A stretch of 64,000 nucleotides of DNA from Candidatus Kapaibacterium sp. (GTDB taxonomy: Bacteria; Bacteroidota; Ignavibacteria; Kapaibacteriales; UBA2268): positions 3,648,001 through 3,712,000 of the forward strand of contig OY762428.1 of NCBI GenBank assembly GCA_963665665.1. Reading direction: 5' to 3'. Positions 19,843-30,006 of the stretch are shown here, in pieces (position 1 is the first letter of the stretch; the number at the start of each line of letters is the position of its first letter). The notes beneath the pieces are model-generated. The model was not told where the DNA came from. It saw only the letters and a program-made list of their open reading frames with translations, and searched no databases. A program made the position numbers and the translations under genes.

Positions 19843-21612
19843 TTATACTCTCTGGCGTTTTATATATGTAGTATGCAGCAATTCGTGTGAACGATGGCTG
19901 AGCGGAGTACCGAGAAACTCTTCGTATATCTGTGTTATTTCAGGGTTCTCGTGTGATTTCCTGAGTGCTTTGCCTTCGTCTTCTTTATAAATTGCTTCGA
20001 TCCTTTTCTTCCTGATTTCGTCGGTTGTAAACCTTGGCTGGCCACCGCCGCCAATACAGCCGCCGGGGCATGTCATTACTTCAACGAAATGGAAAGGTTC
20101 GCCTTTCTTTGACATCTGGATAACTTTCTCGGCGTTGGCAAGGCCGTGGGCCACAGCAACTTTGGCTTCAACTCCTTCAAGGAAGTCCCAGTCGGGTTTG
20201 CAATTTTCAAAGGTAAGGGCTGCTTTTTTAACACCTTCAAGGCCCATGATAGGCTCAACGTGAAGGCCTTCTGTCGGGAGTTCCCTGCCTGTTACCAGTT
20301 CGTAAGCCGTTCTGAGGGCAGCTTCCATAACACCGCCTGTGTTTGCAAAGATGTCGGCTGCGCCGGTTGATGCACCAATGGGAGAATCCATCTTGCTGTC
20401 TGGAAGAAGATTGAAATCGATACCTGTTTGCTTGATCATTTTTGCAAGCTCGCGGGTAGTAATAACATAATCAACGTCGCGGATACCGCTGTCGTTCATT
20501 TCGTCACGCTGATTTTCGTATTTTTTGGCGGTACATGGCATAACAGAAACAACAATGATCTCTTCGATATCCTTAGCAACTTTTTCTCTGAAGTATGTTT
20601 TAGCAACAGCGCCGAACATCTGCTGTGGAGATTTACAGGATGAAAGATTATCAAGCATTTCCGGATGATAATATTCAGCGTATTTAATCCATGCCGGACA
20701 GCAGCTTGTATATTGCGGAAGGGCAACATCTTCTTTTTCTTTCAAAGCTTTTTTCAGCCTCATGAGAAGTTCAGTACCTTCTTCCATAATAGTAAGGTCA
20801 GCCGCAAAGTTTGTATCGAAAATTTTATCGAAACCAAGATGCCTGAGTGCAGTTGTCATTTTTCCGGTTACGAGCGTGCCGGGGGCATAGCCGAATTCTT
20901 CGCCAAGGGCTGCCCTGATTGCCGGAGCTGTCTGGACGAGAACCAATTTTTTAGGATCGTCTATTGCTTCCCATACTTTTTCGACCTGGCTTTTCTCGCT
21001 GATGGCACCAACCGGGCAAACAGCAGCGCACTGGCCACACTGTACGCAGGCCACGTCATCAAGATTACTGGCAAAAGCCGGTCCTATTGTAGAGCTGAAT
21101 CCGCGTCCCTGTGCAAACAAAGCTCCAACGCCCTGAATTTCAACACAAACCGATACGCAACGGCGGCATTTGATACATTTTCCATTGTCGCGAACCAGAG
21201 CGGGAGTTGAATCGTCAATGAATGAAGAAGCTCTTTCGCCTTCATATCTTACATTTTCGATACCGAGTTCGTTTGCAATAGTCTGAAGCTCGCAGTCGTT
21301 GTTGCGGTCGCAAGTCTGGCAGTCGCCGCAATGCTCGCTGAGCATAAGTTCAACAACAGTTCTGCGCGCTTCGCGAACTCTTTTAGTATTAGTTTTAACT
21401 TTCATTCCTTCATTAACAAGCGTAGCGCATGAAGCTGCCAGAGCTTTGCCGCCTTCTATCTCCACAAGGCAAACCCTGCAGGCGCCTTTTGGTGGCATAT
21501 TCGGTATATGGCAAAGAGTAGGAATCCTTACGCCGGCCTGTTTGGCTGCATCGAGTACAGTAGTTCCTTCGGGAACCTGTATTTCGACGTTATTTATATT
21601 TACGTTTACCAT
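19843..21612 (-). CDS. hydA: [FeFe]-hydrogenase group A catalytic subunit (HydA/HndD type)
   Basis: N-terminal 2Fe-2S, His-ligated and 2x4Fe-4S Cys motifs. H-cluster motifs TSCCPAW, MPCTAKKYE and EVMTCPGGCIGGGGQP. Confidence 0.95.
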   Translation of the reverse strand: MVNVNINNVEIQVPEGTTVLDAAKQAGVRIPTLCHIPNMPPKGACRVCLVEIEGGKALAASCATLVNEGMKVKTNTKRVREARRTVVELMLSEHCGDCQTCDRNNDCELQTIANELGIENVRYEGERASSFIDDSTPALVRDNGKCIKCRRCVSVCVEIQGVGALFAQGRGFSSTIGPAFASNLDDVACVQCGQCAAVCPVGAISEKSQVEKVWEAIDDPKKLVLVQTAPAIRAALGEEFGYAPGTLVTGKMTTALRHLGFDKIFDTNFAADLTIMEEGTELLMRLKKALKEKEDVALPQYTSCCPAWIKYAEYYHPEMLDNLSSCKSPQQMFGAVAKTYFREKVAKDIEEIIVVSVMPCTAKKYENQRDEMNDSGIRDVDYVITTRELAKMIKQTGIDFNLLPDSKMDSPIGASTGAADIFANTGGVMEAALRTAYELVTGRELPTEGLHVEPIMGLEGVKKAALTFENCKPDWDFLEGVEAKVAVAHGLANAEKVIQMSKKGEPFHFVEVMTCPGGCIGGGGQPRFTTDEIRKKRIEAIYKEDEGKALRKSHENPEITQIYEEFLGTPLSHRSHELLHTTYIKRQRV

Positions 21613-21635
21613 TTATCTGACTCCTGAATTATATA

Positions 21636-24600
21636 TTAACATTTTCCGTAATCGCAACGAAGACATCTGTGTGCCTGCCTGACTGCTTCAGCTTCTGTCC
21701 ATGGCTGTTCAACTTCTGCGAAGTTATTCCTGCGCCTGTCAACCGAAAGAAGAACCATTTTTCTTCTCGGGTATGGAACAGGATCTGCGTCCGGATCGAA
21801 TGATGTGTCAAGCGGTTTATCTTCGCGCCAGAAGGCATGTTCTTCGCCTGTAAGGTATTTGTCAATACCAACGGCTGCCCTTTCGCCTGCTGCAACAGCT
21901 TCAATAACTGTGCGTTCGGCTTTACCAGCACAGTCACCGCCTGCAAATACCCACGGAATTGATGTTTGGCCTGTCATCTCGTCCACAACGATACTGCTTT
22001 CCCAGAACATGTCAAGTTTAGTTCCGGCTGAGATGAGAGAAACGTCGAAGCTCTGGCCAAGTGCCTGTATAACCTGGTCGCAAGGGATAATAAATGTCTC
22101 ACCCTCTGTAACCGGCCTGCGCCTTCCGGATTTGTCAAATTCACCGAGTTTCATAGAGTTGCATCTCAGGCCTGTAACCTTACCGTCTTCAACAACTATT
22201 TCACGCGGGTTGGTAAGAGGCATAAGTTTGATGCCTTCCTGCAGTGCTTCTTCAATCTCTTCAGCATAAGCAGGCATTTCCTCCTGTGTCCTGCGGTAAA
22301 CAAGAGTTACATTTTCAGCGCCGAGCCTGATAGCAGTTCTTGCTGCATCAGCAGCTGCATTGCCACCGCCCACGACAACAATATTTTTCTTAACAGGTAC
22401 GGAACCTCTCAGGTTATAAGTTTTCAGGAAGTCCATGGCGTTTGTTACATTTTCATTATCGCTTCCGGGCAGGTCAAGGCTGACGCCTCTCGGAGTACCG
22501 ATTCCAAGGAATACAGCTTCGTATCCCTGCTCGCGAAGGTCTTTAATAAGGAAGTCGCGTCCGAGTTTCTTTCCACATTCGATATCAACGCCCATGTTTT
22601 CAATCATACGTATCTCTCGTGCAAGAACTTCACGAGGCAAACGGTATGAAGGAATAGTCTGAACAAGCATACCACCCGGACGATGTTCTGATTCAAATAC
22701 TTTTGGTTTGTAGCCAAGCCTTGCAAGGAAGTAAGCTGCAGACAAACCTGAAGGGCCTGCACCTATTATAGCAATTTTACGGCTGGAATTATTTTCATTT
22801 TCCCTGATTTCGGGAACCTGAACAGTAATTTCCTGGTCTACCATGAAACGTTTTATCGAACGGATTGCAACAGCATCATCAAGAGCAGCGCGGCGGCATT
22901 TCTCTTCACATGCATGGAAGCAGACCCTGGCGCAAACTGCTGCGAAAGGATTGCGTTCCCTGTGAAGCCTGAGAGCTTCTGCATAACGTTTTTCACCAAC
23001 AAGTGAAACAAATCCAGGAACGTCAACATGAGCAGGACATGCGCTTTGGCAGGGTGAGCGTACAAGGCTGGCACAAACGCCTGCTTCACAATGTTTCCTG
23101 CGGATATGATCTTCATATTCTTTACGAAAGTGCCTGATAGTGGAAAGTACAGGGTTCGGAGCTGTCTGGCCTAAGCCGCAGAGAGCAGTATCCCTGATCT
23201 GTTCGCCAAGTTCTATAAGTTTTTCAATGTCGCCTTCTTCGCCTTCGCCTCTTGTAATCCTTTCAAGGATTTCGAGCATACGCTTGGTACCAACACGGCA
23301 TGGAACGCATTTGCCACAGGATTCTTCCTGAACGAATTCAAGGAAGAAACGGGCAACGTCAACCATACATGTATCTTCGTCCATAACGATAAGGCCGCCG
23401 GAACCCATTATAGCGCCGAGTTCATCAAGTGATTCATAGTCAAGCTGAACATTAAGGTTAGCCCTTGGAATACAACCACCTGACGGCCCGCCGATCTGTG
23501 CGGCTTTAAATCTTTTACCACCCGGGATACCTTTACCGATATCATAAACCAGTTCGCCAAGTGTTGTGCCTACAGGTACTTCTACCAGGCCAGAGTTGTT
23601 GATAGCGCCGGCAAGCGCGAATACTTTTGTTCCCTTGCTTTTATCTGTTCCGAATGATGCGAACCATTCGCCGCCATTAAGAAGAATTGCTGAAACGTTT
23701 GCGTAGGATTCAACATTGTTGAGAACAGTCGGTTTGCCCCAAAGGCCCTGGTCTGCCGGGAATGGCGGACGTGGACGTGGTTCACCGCGTTTACCTTCTA
23801 TTGAATGTATGAGGGCTGTTTCTTCACCGCAAACAAATGCGCCGGAGCCCATTCTGATCTCAAGGTCGAAGTCAAAGCCTGAACCAAGGATATTATTTCC
23901 AAGCAGTCCGATTTCCCTTGCGCGGTCGATTGCGAACTGAAGCCTTTCTACTGCCAGCGGGTATTCAGCACGGACGTAAACGTAACCCTGATTTGCACCA
24001 ATAGCAAAAGCGCCGATGGCCATACCTTCAATTACGCTATGGGGGTCGCCTTCAAGAACAGACCTGTCCATGAATGCACCGGGATCTCCTTCATCGGCGT
24101 TACATAATATATATTTCTGATCACTTTCTTTTTTCTTGGCAAATGACCATTTCAGGAATGTGGGGAAACCAGCGCCGCCACGTCCGCGAAGCCCTGATTT
24201 TTTCATTTCCTCGATAACGTCGTCGGGAGTCATTGAAGTAAGTACTTTACCAAGAGCTTTGTATCCGTCGCGTCCAACATAATCTTCAATCCTCAGAGGA
24301 TCAACAATTCCTGAATTCCTGAGAACTATCTTTGTTTGCTTTTTGAAGAAATCAATATCCATCTGAACCGGAACAGGTTTGCCTGTACCTTCTTCTTTCC
24401 ATGTAAGTTCTTCAATAATTTCACCGCCAAGAACATGCTTTTCAATGATATCCCTGGCATTTTCGGGTTGTACGTTCTGGTAGAAAACTTTGTCCTGCCC
24501 CATAACGACAACCGGGCCGCGAACACATGGCCCGAGGCATCCTGTTTCAACAACAGTTACCCTGTTACCGATCTCTTTTTCCTCGATAACTTTTTTGAGT

Positions 24601-24761
24601 TCGCTGATTACTTTAAGTGCGCCTGAAGCAATACAACCACCGCCGGCGCACACAAATATTTTTTGCCTGAAACCGGAGTTCAGCTCCTGGTTCTCTGAAA
24701 TAGCTTTTTCCCTGAGGGATTTTAATTCATCAATCGTATTAATTCTTTCTGCCTTAATCAT
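21636..24761 (-). CDS. hydB: HydB/NuoF-like FMN-NADH subunit fused to a C-terminal GltD/NfnB-like FAD-NADPH oxidoreductase
   Basis: Thioredoxin-like 2Fe-2S domain, GLRGRGGAGFPT, CNADEGDPGAFMDR, GAFVCGEETAL, ESCGKCVPCRVG. Then SPCQSACP, CARVCFHACEEKCRR, GAGPSG, GGGNAAAD, YRR, FAGGD and a terminal RCLRCD. Confidence 0.9.
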   Translation of the reverse strand: MIKAERINTIDELKSLREKAISENQELNSGFRQKIFVCAGGGCIASGALKVISELKKVIEEKEIGNRVTVVETGCLGPCVRGPVVVMGQDKVFYQNVQPENARDIIEKHVLGGEIIEELTWKEEGTGKPVPVQMDIDFFKKQTKIVLRNSGIVDPLRIEDYVGRDGYKALGKVLTSMTPDDVIEEMKKSGLRGRGGAGFPTFLKWSFAKKKESDQKYILCNADEGDPGAFMDRSVLEGDPHSVIEGMAIGAFAIGANQGYVYVRAEYPLAVERLQFAIDRAREIGLLGNNILGSGFDFDLEIRMGSGAFVCGEETALIHSIEGKRGEPRPRPPFPADQGLWGKPTVLNNVESYANVSAILLNGGEWFASFGTDKSKGTKVFALAGAINNSGLVEVPVGTTLGELVYDIGKGIPGGKRFKAAQIGGPSGGCIPRANLNVQLDYESLDELGAIMGSGGLIVMDEDTCMVDVARFFLEFVQEESCGKCVPCRVGTKRMLEILERITRGEGEEGDIEKLIELGEQIRDTALCGLGQTAPNPVLSTIRHFRKEYEDHIRRKHCEAGVCASLVRSPCQSACPAHVDVPGFVSLVGEKRYAEALRLHRERNPFAAVCARVCFHACEEKCRRAALDDAVAIRSIKRFMVDQEITVQVPEIRENENNSSRKIAIIGAGPSGLSAAYFLARLGYKPKVFESEHRPGGMLVQTIPSYRLPREVLAREIRMIENMGVDIECGKKLGRDFLIKDLREQGYEAVFLGIGTPRGVSLDLPGSDNENVTNAMDFLKTYNLRGSVPVKKNIVVVGGGNAAADAARTAIRLGAENVTLVYRRTQEEMPAYAEEIEEALQEGIKLMPLTNPREIVVEDGKVTGLRCNSMKLGEFDKSGRRRPVTEGETFIIPCDQVIQALGQSFDVSLISAGTKLDMFWESSIVVDEMTGQTSIPWVFAGGDCAGKAERTVIEAVAAGERAAVGIDKYLTGEEHAFWREDKPLDTSFDPDADPVPYPRRKMVLLSVDRRRNNFAEVEQPWTEAEAVRQAHRCLRCDYGKC

Positions 24762-25294
24762 TAGTTGCCCTCCGGTATAGTTTCTTGTTCCATGGCTTTA
24801 TAATAATTAATAATGTCTCCCACTTTTTCGGGTTTTACCCTTTGGTGAGTATCATCGTTTACCATGATAACCGGTGCCAGGCCGCAAGCGCCAAAGCAGC
24901 GCCCGACATCTAAGGAGAAAAGCCTGTCGGCTGTTGTCTGCCCAACATCAATATCAAGTTCTTTACTGAAGGCGTTCAATACTTCTTTACCACCACGAAC
25001 GTAGCATGCCGTACCAAGGCATATCCTGATAACATATTTGCCACGCGGGACGGTTGAAAAGAATGAATAGAAGCTTACCACACCGGCAACTTCACTGTAT
25101 GATTTATCAAGTTTGAAACTGATTTTTCTGAGGGCCGATTCCGGCAGGTAGCCGAACATATTCTGTGCTATCTGCAATACCGGGATCAAAGCGCCCTGCT
25201 TGTCCTTGTACTGTTCCAATACATCGTCAAGAATAGCGAGCTGTTCCTCTTCGGAAACTTCGCTTTGACAATTGCATGTTTGAATCTCTGACAT
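24761..25294 (-). CDS. hydC: HydC/NuoE-like 2Fe-2S subunit
   Basis: GVVSFYSFF, ICLGTACYVRGG, RCFGACGLAP. Likely start ATG at 25294 behind AAGGGA. Stop overlaps the hydB ATG (TAATG). Confidence 0.92.
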   Translation of the reverse strand: MSEIQTCNCQSEVSEEEQLAILDDVLEQYKDKQGALIPVLQIAQNMFGYLPESALRKISFKLDKSYSEVAGVVSFYSFFSTVPRGKYVIRICLGTACYVRGGKEVLNAFSKELDIDVGQTTADRLFSLDVGRCFGACGLAPVIMVNDDTHQRVKPEKVGDIINYYKAMEQETIPEGN

Positions 25295-25363
25295 ATTATT
25301 TCCCTTTATAAGAAAACCCAAAAATTTTTTTCCAGAACTATTCGTCGTTTGTAATCTTTTAAA

Positions 25364-25744
25364 TCAGGCAAGGCTGAATTTGCAGCGATCCCTGATAAGA
25401 TTAATAATGCTGTCAATATCACCTGTTTTATCAAAAAAGTACATGGCACCGTTGGAAAGGCATCTTCCCCTTACGTTTTCATCCTTGTAGTCAGTGAAAA
25501 CAATTGATACCGGCCTTTTAGCCATGCCCTGCATTTTCCTTAATAGCCTTAACCCGTTTAATTCCGCAGGGCTGATATTAACATCAAGAATTACAAAATC
25601 CGGCTGTTCCCTGTCAATAATATTGGAAGCATCAATACCATTGTCCGATTCATATATTTCACCTACATTTGGAATAAATTCCTGAAAGAGGCTCCTGATG
25701 CGTTTCCGGACCGGTTTTGATTTGTTTACTAATAATGTTTTCAT
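25364..25744 (-). CDS. Stand-alone response-regulator receiver protein
   Basis: PDFVILDVNI, GLRLL, VFT, GAMYFFDK. Heads the hyd operon. Confidence 0.8.
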   Translation of the reverse strand: MKTLLVNKSKPVRKRIRSLFQEFIPNVGEIYESDNGIDASNIIDREQPDFVILDVNISPAELNGLRLLRKMQGMAKRPVSIVFTDYKDENVRGRCLSNGAMYFFDKTGDIDSIINLIRDRCKFSLA

Positions 25745-25869
25745 CTATTCCAATACTCTTGTTATTGTTTCCGGGGAAACAGCCCCGTTACTGAAGTAAA
25801 AATAAGTCTAAGTATCAATGGTTGGTATCAGAGATTTTCCGATAATGGTGGTAATAAATTCCGATAGGC

Positions 25870-25890
25870 TTGTAAGAGCTACTCCTACAA
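25870..25890. promoter_or_regulatory. Palindromic operator TTGTA(A/G)-N9-(C/T)TACAA upstream of the hydrogenase operon
   Basis: TTGTAAgagctactcCTACAA. The same motif occurs at 30639 and 31009. Confidence 0.6.
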
Positions 25891-25937
25891 GAATATAAAA
25901 AGCAGTTGTTTCTTGAAGTGTTGGAATGCCTGAAAAT

Positions 25938-25965
25938 AAAAAAACCGCCCTTTCAAGGCGGTTTC
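25938..25965 (-). terminator. Intrinsic terminator of the ompA-family gene
   Basis: AAACCGCC-ctttcaa-GGCGGTTT, with an A-run on + giving a U-tail on minus. Confidence 0.7.
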
Positions 25966-25987
25966 GGTTATGTGTGTTTTCCCCCTG

Positions 25988-27070
25988 TTATTCGGAAATC
26001 ACCCGGACTTCACTGCGCCTGTTTTTTGCCCTGCCTGCTGCTGTTTCATTAGTTGCAATAGGGTAAAGTTCCCCGTAGCCGCGCGGAGTAAGCCGGTTTC
26101 CGTCTATTCCTTTGCTGATAAGCCATTTAACGATTGTTTCAGCTCTTCTTTCGGACAATATCTGATTATCTTTTTCTTTACCAACATTATCAGTATGCCC
26201 TGCAATCTCTATTACCATATTGGGTTTTGAAGTAAGTTCGCCAAGTAATTCATTCAGTGCATGGAATGATTCAGGTTTCAGGTTCCATTTTCCACTTTCA
26301 AAATTTACGTTCTCAAGAATATAAGTACGGCGATAGCCTGAATTCTTCAGCTCATCAGGTTCAAAATTGTCTTTTCTTTGCTTACCAAAGGAGATATTAT
26401 CAACAAAATCTCCGTCGCCCGGTGGCTGATGGCCCTGGGAAGGGAAAGGAAGAATAAGCCTGTAATTATATATTTTTGCCTCCGGGTCGATTATAAAATG
26501 ATCATAGTATTCAATACCATAAACCATGGTTACAACAAAATACAGGTTGCCGTCAACTAATTTTGTCCTGAATTTTCCTGTGCCATCGGTTTGGCCTTCC
26601 CCGATTTTAACGCTGTCCGAGTTGAAAAGTAAAAATTTGTGATTATTAAGTGTTCTTCTGTCTTTATTTTGGAGTGTAATGGTAATATCAATTTTTTTTC
26701 CGGTTGAGGAAAATTTTTTGTTATCCTTAACATTATCGGCTATTACAACCGGAAGACGACATACAAGACGATATTGTTTGTATTTAATATCAGCCGGTAT
26801 TGAAATATTATAGGCAGGCTTTTCTTCTATCGATTCAAAGGATAATACGATATTATCTCCTTTATGGAGCTTGGTTTTCAATAAGCCTTCACTGTCTGTT
26901 GTAACATTTTCAGTGCTGGATTTTGCTTTGTTGATTAGCAAAAAATTCAAATTCGGAATATTGTTTCCGTCCAGATCCTTGATCGTAATTTCCACATCAA
27001 TTTCATAAGAGTATGAAAATAATGGTGTTAAGAGAATACATGCTGCAATTATTAATAATATTTTTTTCAT
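25988..27070 (-). CDS. OmpA-family peptidoglycan-binding protein with N-terminal Ig-like domains
   Basis: Signal peptide. NVNFESGK...IEIAGHTDNVG...NQILSERRA...GYGE...NRRSEV. Confidence 0.88.
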   Translation of the reverse strand: MKKILLIIAACILLTPLFSYSYEIDVEITIKDLDGNNIPNLNFLLINKAKSSTENVTTDSEGLLKTKLHKGDNIVLSFESIEEKPAYNISIPADIKYKQYRLVCRLPVVIADNVKDNKKFSSTGKKIDITITLQNKDRRTLNNHKFLLFNSDSVKIGEGQTDGTGKFRTKLVDGNLYFVVTMVYGIEYYDHFIIDPEAKIYNYRLILPFPSQGHQPPGDGDFVDNISFGKQRKDNFEPDELKNSGYRRTYILENVNFESGKWNLKPESFHALNELLGELTSKPNMVIEIAGHTDNVGKEKDNQILSERRAETIVKWLISKGIDGNRLTPRGYGELYPIATNETAAGRAKNRRSEVRVISE

Positions 27071-27358
27071 AATAGTCAATTAATGTCTTTAACAATTAAA
27101 ATAATTTAATAAAATATTAATTAACAATCAATCAAAATTTTAAAATTTCGATGATTTATTTCATTTTCTATCAATTATTATTCCCAATTTTTAAGAAAAA
27201 GTTGTAACTTTCCGTCTATAATTGTTTATCAATGTTATAAGAACAGACGATATTAATTTTTTAAAGATATTTAATTTCAATGGAAACGTATTTAATAATC
27301 CCGATATTATCTTTGACAATCCTTTTGTTTTTTAATAATTATCTATCAGTTATTCAAA

Positions 27359-29959
27359 TTGAAAAAATTTCATAAAAATCAAATCTATTATGATTTGCCA
27401 AACGGCAATAATAATGCAGCGCAAATATCAGCAAACGAATCAGAATGTTTGCTGTTATGCCTTGACAAAGACGGTAGAATTCTTTATTACAATAAAAAGG
27501 TAGAAAATATTACCGGAATGAACTATGAATGCTGCAAAGGAAAGTCATGGTTTGATGAGTTCGTCGCCGAAGAAGAAAGGAAAGAAGAAAAAAAACTTTT
27601 TCAAAAAACTATACAGGCCGGTGGATCAAAAGCTAATGCAACTAAAATCATCTCAAAAAGCGGAAAAGTTTTTAAAATTCAATGGTTTTACAAAGTAATA
27701 AAGCCTGATGACAGCAGTATAAATATTCTTGCATCCGGTTATGATACAAGTACTTTTGTGCGTTCTGATAAAATAATCGAAATGGTTTCAAATATTCTGG
27801 AGGGGTCGGAGGATGCAGTTTTTGTTGCTGACAAGAACGGATTAATTGAGAAATGGAACATAAGTGCAGAGAAATTGTTCGGGATAGGCCACAAAGATGT
27901 TTTGGGTTCTTCCCTGAATTTTATTTCTCTTTCTGGAAGGAAAATTTCTTTGAAGGAAATAACCAGAAAAAGCAGCTACAATGGTGAAACTTTTATATTC
28001 GATTCAAAATTCAGAAAGCAGGACGGAAACTTTATACGAATACGGAAGCATGTTTTTTCGCTTAAGGATTCAGATGGAAATAAAGAATCTTTCGGCTTTA
28101 TCGTAAAAAACCTGACAGGCATGGTTGTTAACGAACAGAAATTCCGTGAATCAAAATTGTTCAATTTATCGGTTATTCAATCAATTCAGGAAGGTATTTT
28201 AGTTCTTGACAGGTCAAAAAAAGTTAAAATATGGAATAAATCCCTTGAAAGATGGACAGGGGTGAATTCTTCTGAAATTACCGGCCATAAATTTACTGAA
28301 TTTTTCGACAGCAAGATTGGAAGTGTATTCGACGAATATTTTAAAAAAGGTATTACAGGCGAACTGTTTTACGATAATCATGACTTTGATGAAATGTCCT
28401 TCCTGAACATCAAAGGCTGGTATTCGATAATTGTTGCTCCGCATTTTAGTGTTGACGGCGAGATAATTGGGGTAATCTTTACAATCAGGGACATGACAAG
28501 CCAGAAAGAATCCGAATCGAAACTTGAAGAAAGTGAGAACCGTTTCAGGGAATTGTTTAATAATATGAGTAACGGGGTTGCAGTTTATACTGCCGTGGAA
28601 GGCGGAAGGAATTTTGTTGTACAAAACATTAACGAGGCAGGACTTAAAATCGAGAAAAAGAAATCCTGCGATATAATTGGCAAAAGTGCTAAAGAAGCAT
28701 TTCCTGAAATGTTGCATACCGGAATTTTTGATATTTTCAAAGAAGTGTACAGAACAGGGATACCCGGAGATATGATGTTTACATCTATGTCTGACGACGA
28801 AATAATCGGTTGGAGACAGTATTATATATACAAATTGCCGACAACTGAAATTGTTTCAATATTTGATGATGTTACAGAAACAAAACTTGCAGTGGAAGCC
28901 CTGCAGAAGAGCGAGGACAATTTCAGAACTCTTGTAACGGCTGCTCCTGACGGAATAGCCCTGATAAAAATGCCCGGAACCATTAAGGAAATGAATTCTG
29001 CCTTTGCCAGGCTGCTCGGATTATCAAGAATTGAAATGATTGGCACAAATATTATGGACCTGATTCGTGACGACAAAGGCAATAAAGTGCTTGATGAACT
29101 ATTGGATATTCTTCAGAAAAAAAGATATATAACGGCCAAAAGGGTTAATATTATTTCTAAAAACTCATCTGTTGTTCCTGTGGAACTCAGCGCTAAAGCT
29201 ATATACAAATCAAAAAGAAAAATTGATAAGATAATTTTAGTTATCAGGGATATAACCTACAGGCTTATGGCAGAAAATGAACTGAAAGAATCAAGAGAGG
29301 AAATGAGAAAATTAGCTACATATATCAGCAATGTGCGTGAAGATGAAAAAAAGAAAATTGCATTTGAAATTCATGATGATCTTGGTTATGCTCTTACCGC
29401 TATGAAAATGGATTTGAAATGGCTTCAAAAAAAAATGGATTCCTGCAATCAAAATGTGGAGGATAAGCTGGTTGATATGACAACATTACTTGATGAAACT
29501 ATTCAGAAAGTAAGAGATTTATCTACCAGGCTAAGGCCATCGGTTCTCGATCATTTTGGGATAATTGCGGCTATCGAGTGGCAGGCCGCTGAATTTCAGA
29601 AACATTTTTCCGTCAGATGTCGTATTCATTCAGAAATATCAGATCTTGATCTTGATGATCAGACATCTACGGCATTATTCAGAATTGTGCAGGAATCGCT
29701 AACAAATATCGGAAAACATGCCAATGCAAGAAGAGTAGATCTGAATATTTATATCAGGTCGGGAAAATTATTCATGAAGATTATTGATAACGGTATAGGT
29801 ATGATTAAGGGATCGGAAAGTGGAAGCCATTCACTTGGTGTTCTTGGTATGAAAGAAAAAGCCAGGTCAATAGGTGCTGACCTTTCTATCAGTAATAATC
29901 CGGAAGGTGGAACTTGCGTAAAGATCCAACTGCCGGTTTCCATTAACAAAAAGAATTAA
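27359..29959 (+). CDS. Cytoplasmic multi-PAS sensor histidine kinase (HisKA_3, NarX/UhpB type)
   Basis: About five PAS-like segments and no TM helix. EIHDDLGYALT, LRPSVLD, LFRIVQESLTNIGKHA, DNGIG, GVLGMKE. Start (TTG) uncertain. Confidence 0.9.
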   Translation: MKKFHKNQIYYDLPNGNNNAAQISANESECLLLCLDKDGRILYYNKKVENITGMNYECCKGKSWFDEFVAEEERKEEKKLFQKTIQAGGSKANATKIISKSGKVFKIQWFYKVIKPDDSSINILASGYDTSTFVRSDKIIEMVSNILEGSEDAVFVADKNGLIEKWNISAEKLFGIGHKDVLGSSLNFISLSGRKISLKEITRKSSYNGETFIFDSKFRKQDGNFIRIRKHVFSLKDSDGNKESFGFIVKNLTGMVVNEQKFRESKLFNLSVIQSIQEGILVLDRSKKVKIWNKSLERWTGVNSSEITGHKFTEFFDSKIGSVFDEYFKKGITGELFYDNHDFDEMSFLNIKGWYSIIVAPHFSVDGEIIGVIFTIRDMTSQKESESKLEESENRFRELFNNMSNGVAVYTAVEGGRNFVVQNINEAGLKIEKKKSCDIIGKSAKEAFPEMLHTGIFDIFKEVYRTGIPGDMMFTSMSDDEIIGWRQYYIYKLPTTEIVSIFDDVTETKLAVEALQKSEDNFRTLVTAAPDGIALIKMPGTIKEMNSAFARLLGLSRIEMIGTNIMDLIRDDKGNKVLDELLDILQKKRYITAKRVNIISKNSSVVPVELSAKAIYKSKRKIDKIILVIRDITYRLMAENELKESREEMRKLATYISNVREDEKKKIAFEIHDDLGYALTAMKMDLKWLQKKMDSCNQNVEDKLVDMTTLLDETIQKVRDLSTRLRPSVLDHFGIIAAIEWQAAEFQKHFSVRCRIHSEISDLDLDDQTSTALFRIVQESLTNIGKHANARRVDLNIYIRSGKLFMKIIDNGIGMIKGSESGSHSLGVLGMKEKARSIGADLSISNNPEGGTCVKIQLPVSINKKN

Positions 29960-30006
29960 CTTATGGCATTTTTTTTTAAATTGCCAGAAAATTCAGTGAG
30001 AGAAAT

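Noticed and set aside
19843-25294. Respiratory complex I nuoEFG
   Set aside because: The large subunit has intact H-cluster motifs and no membrane nuo genes are adjacent.
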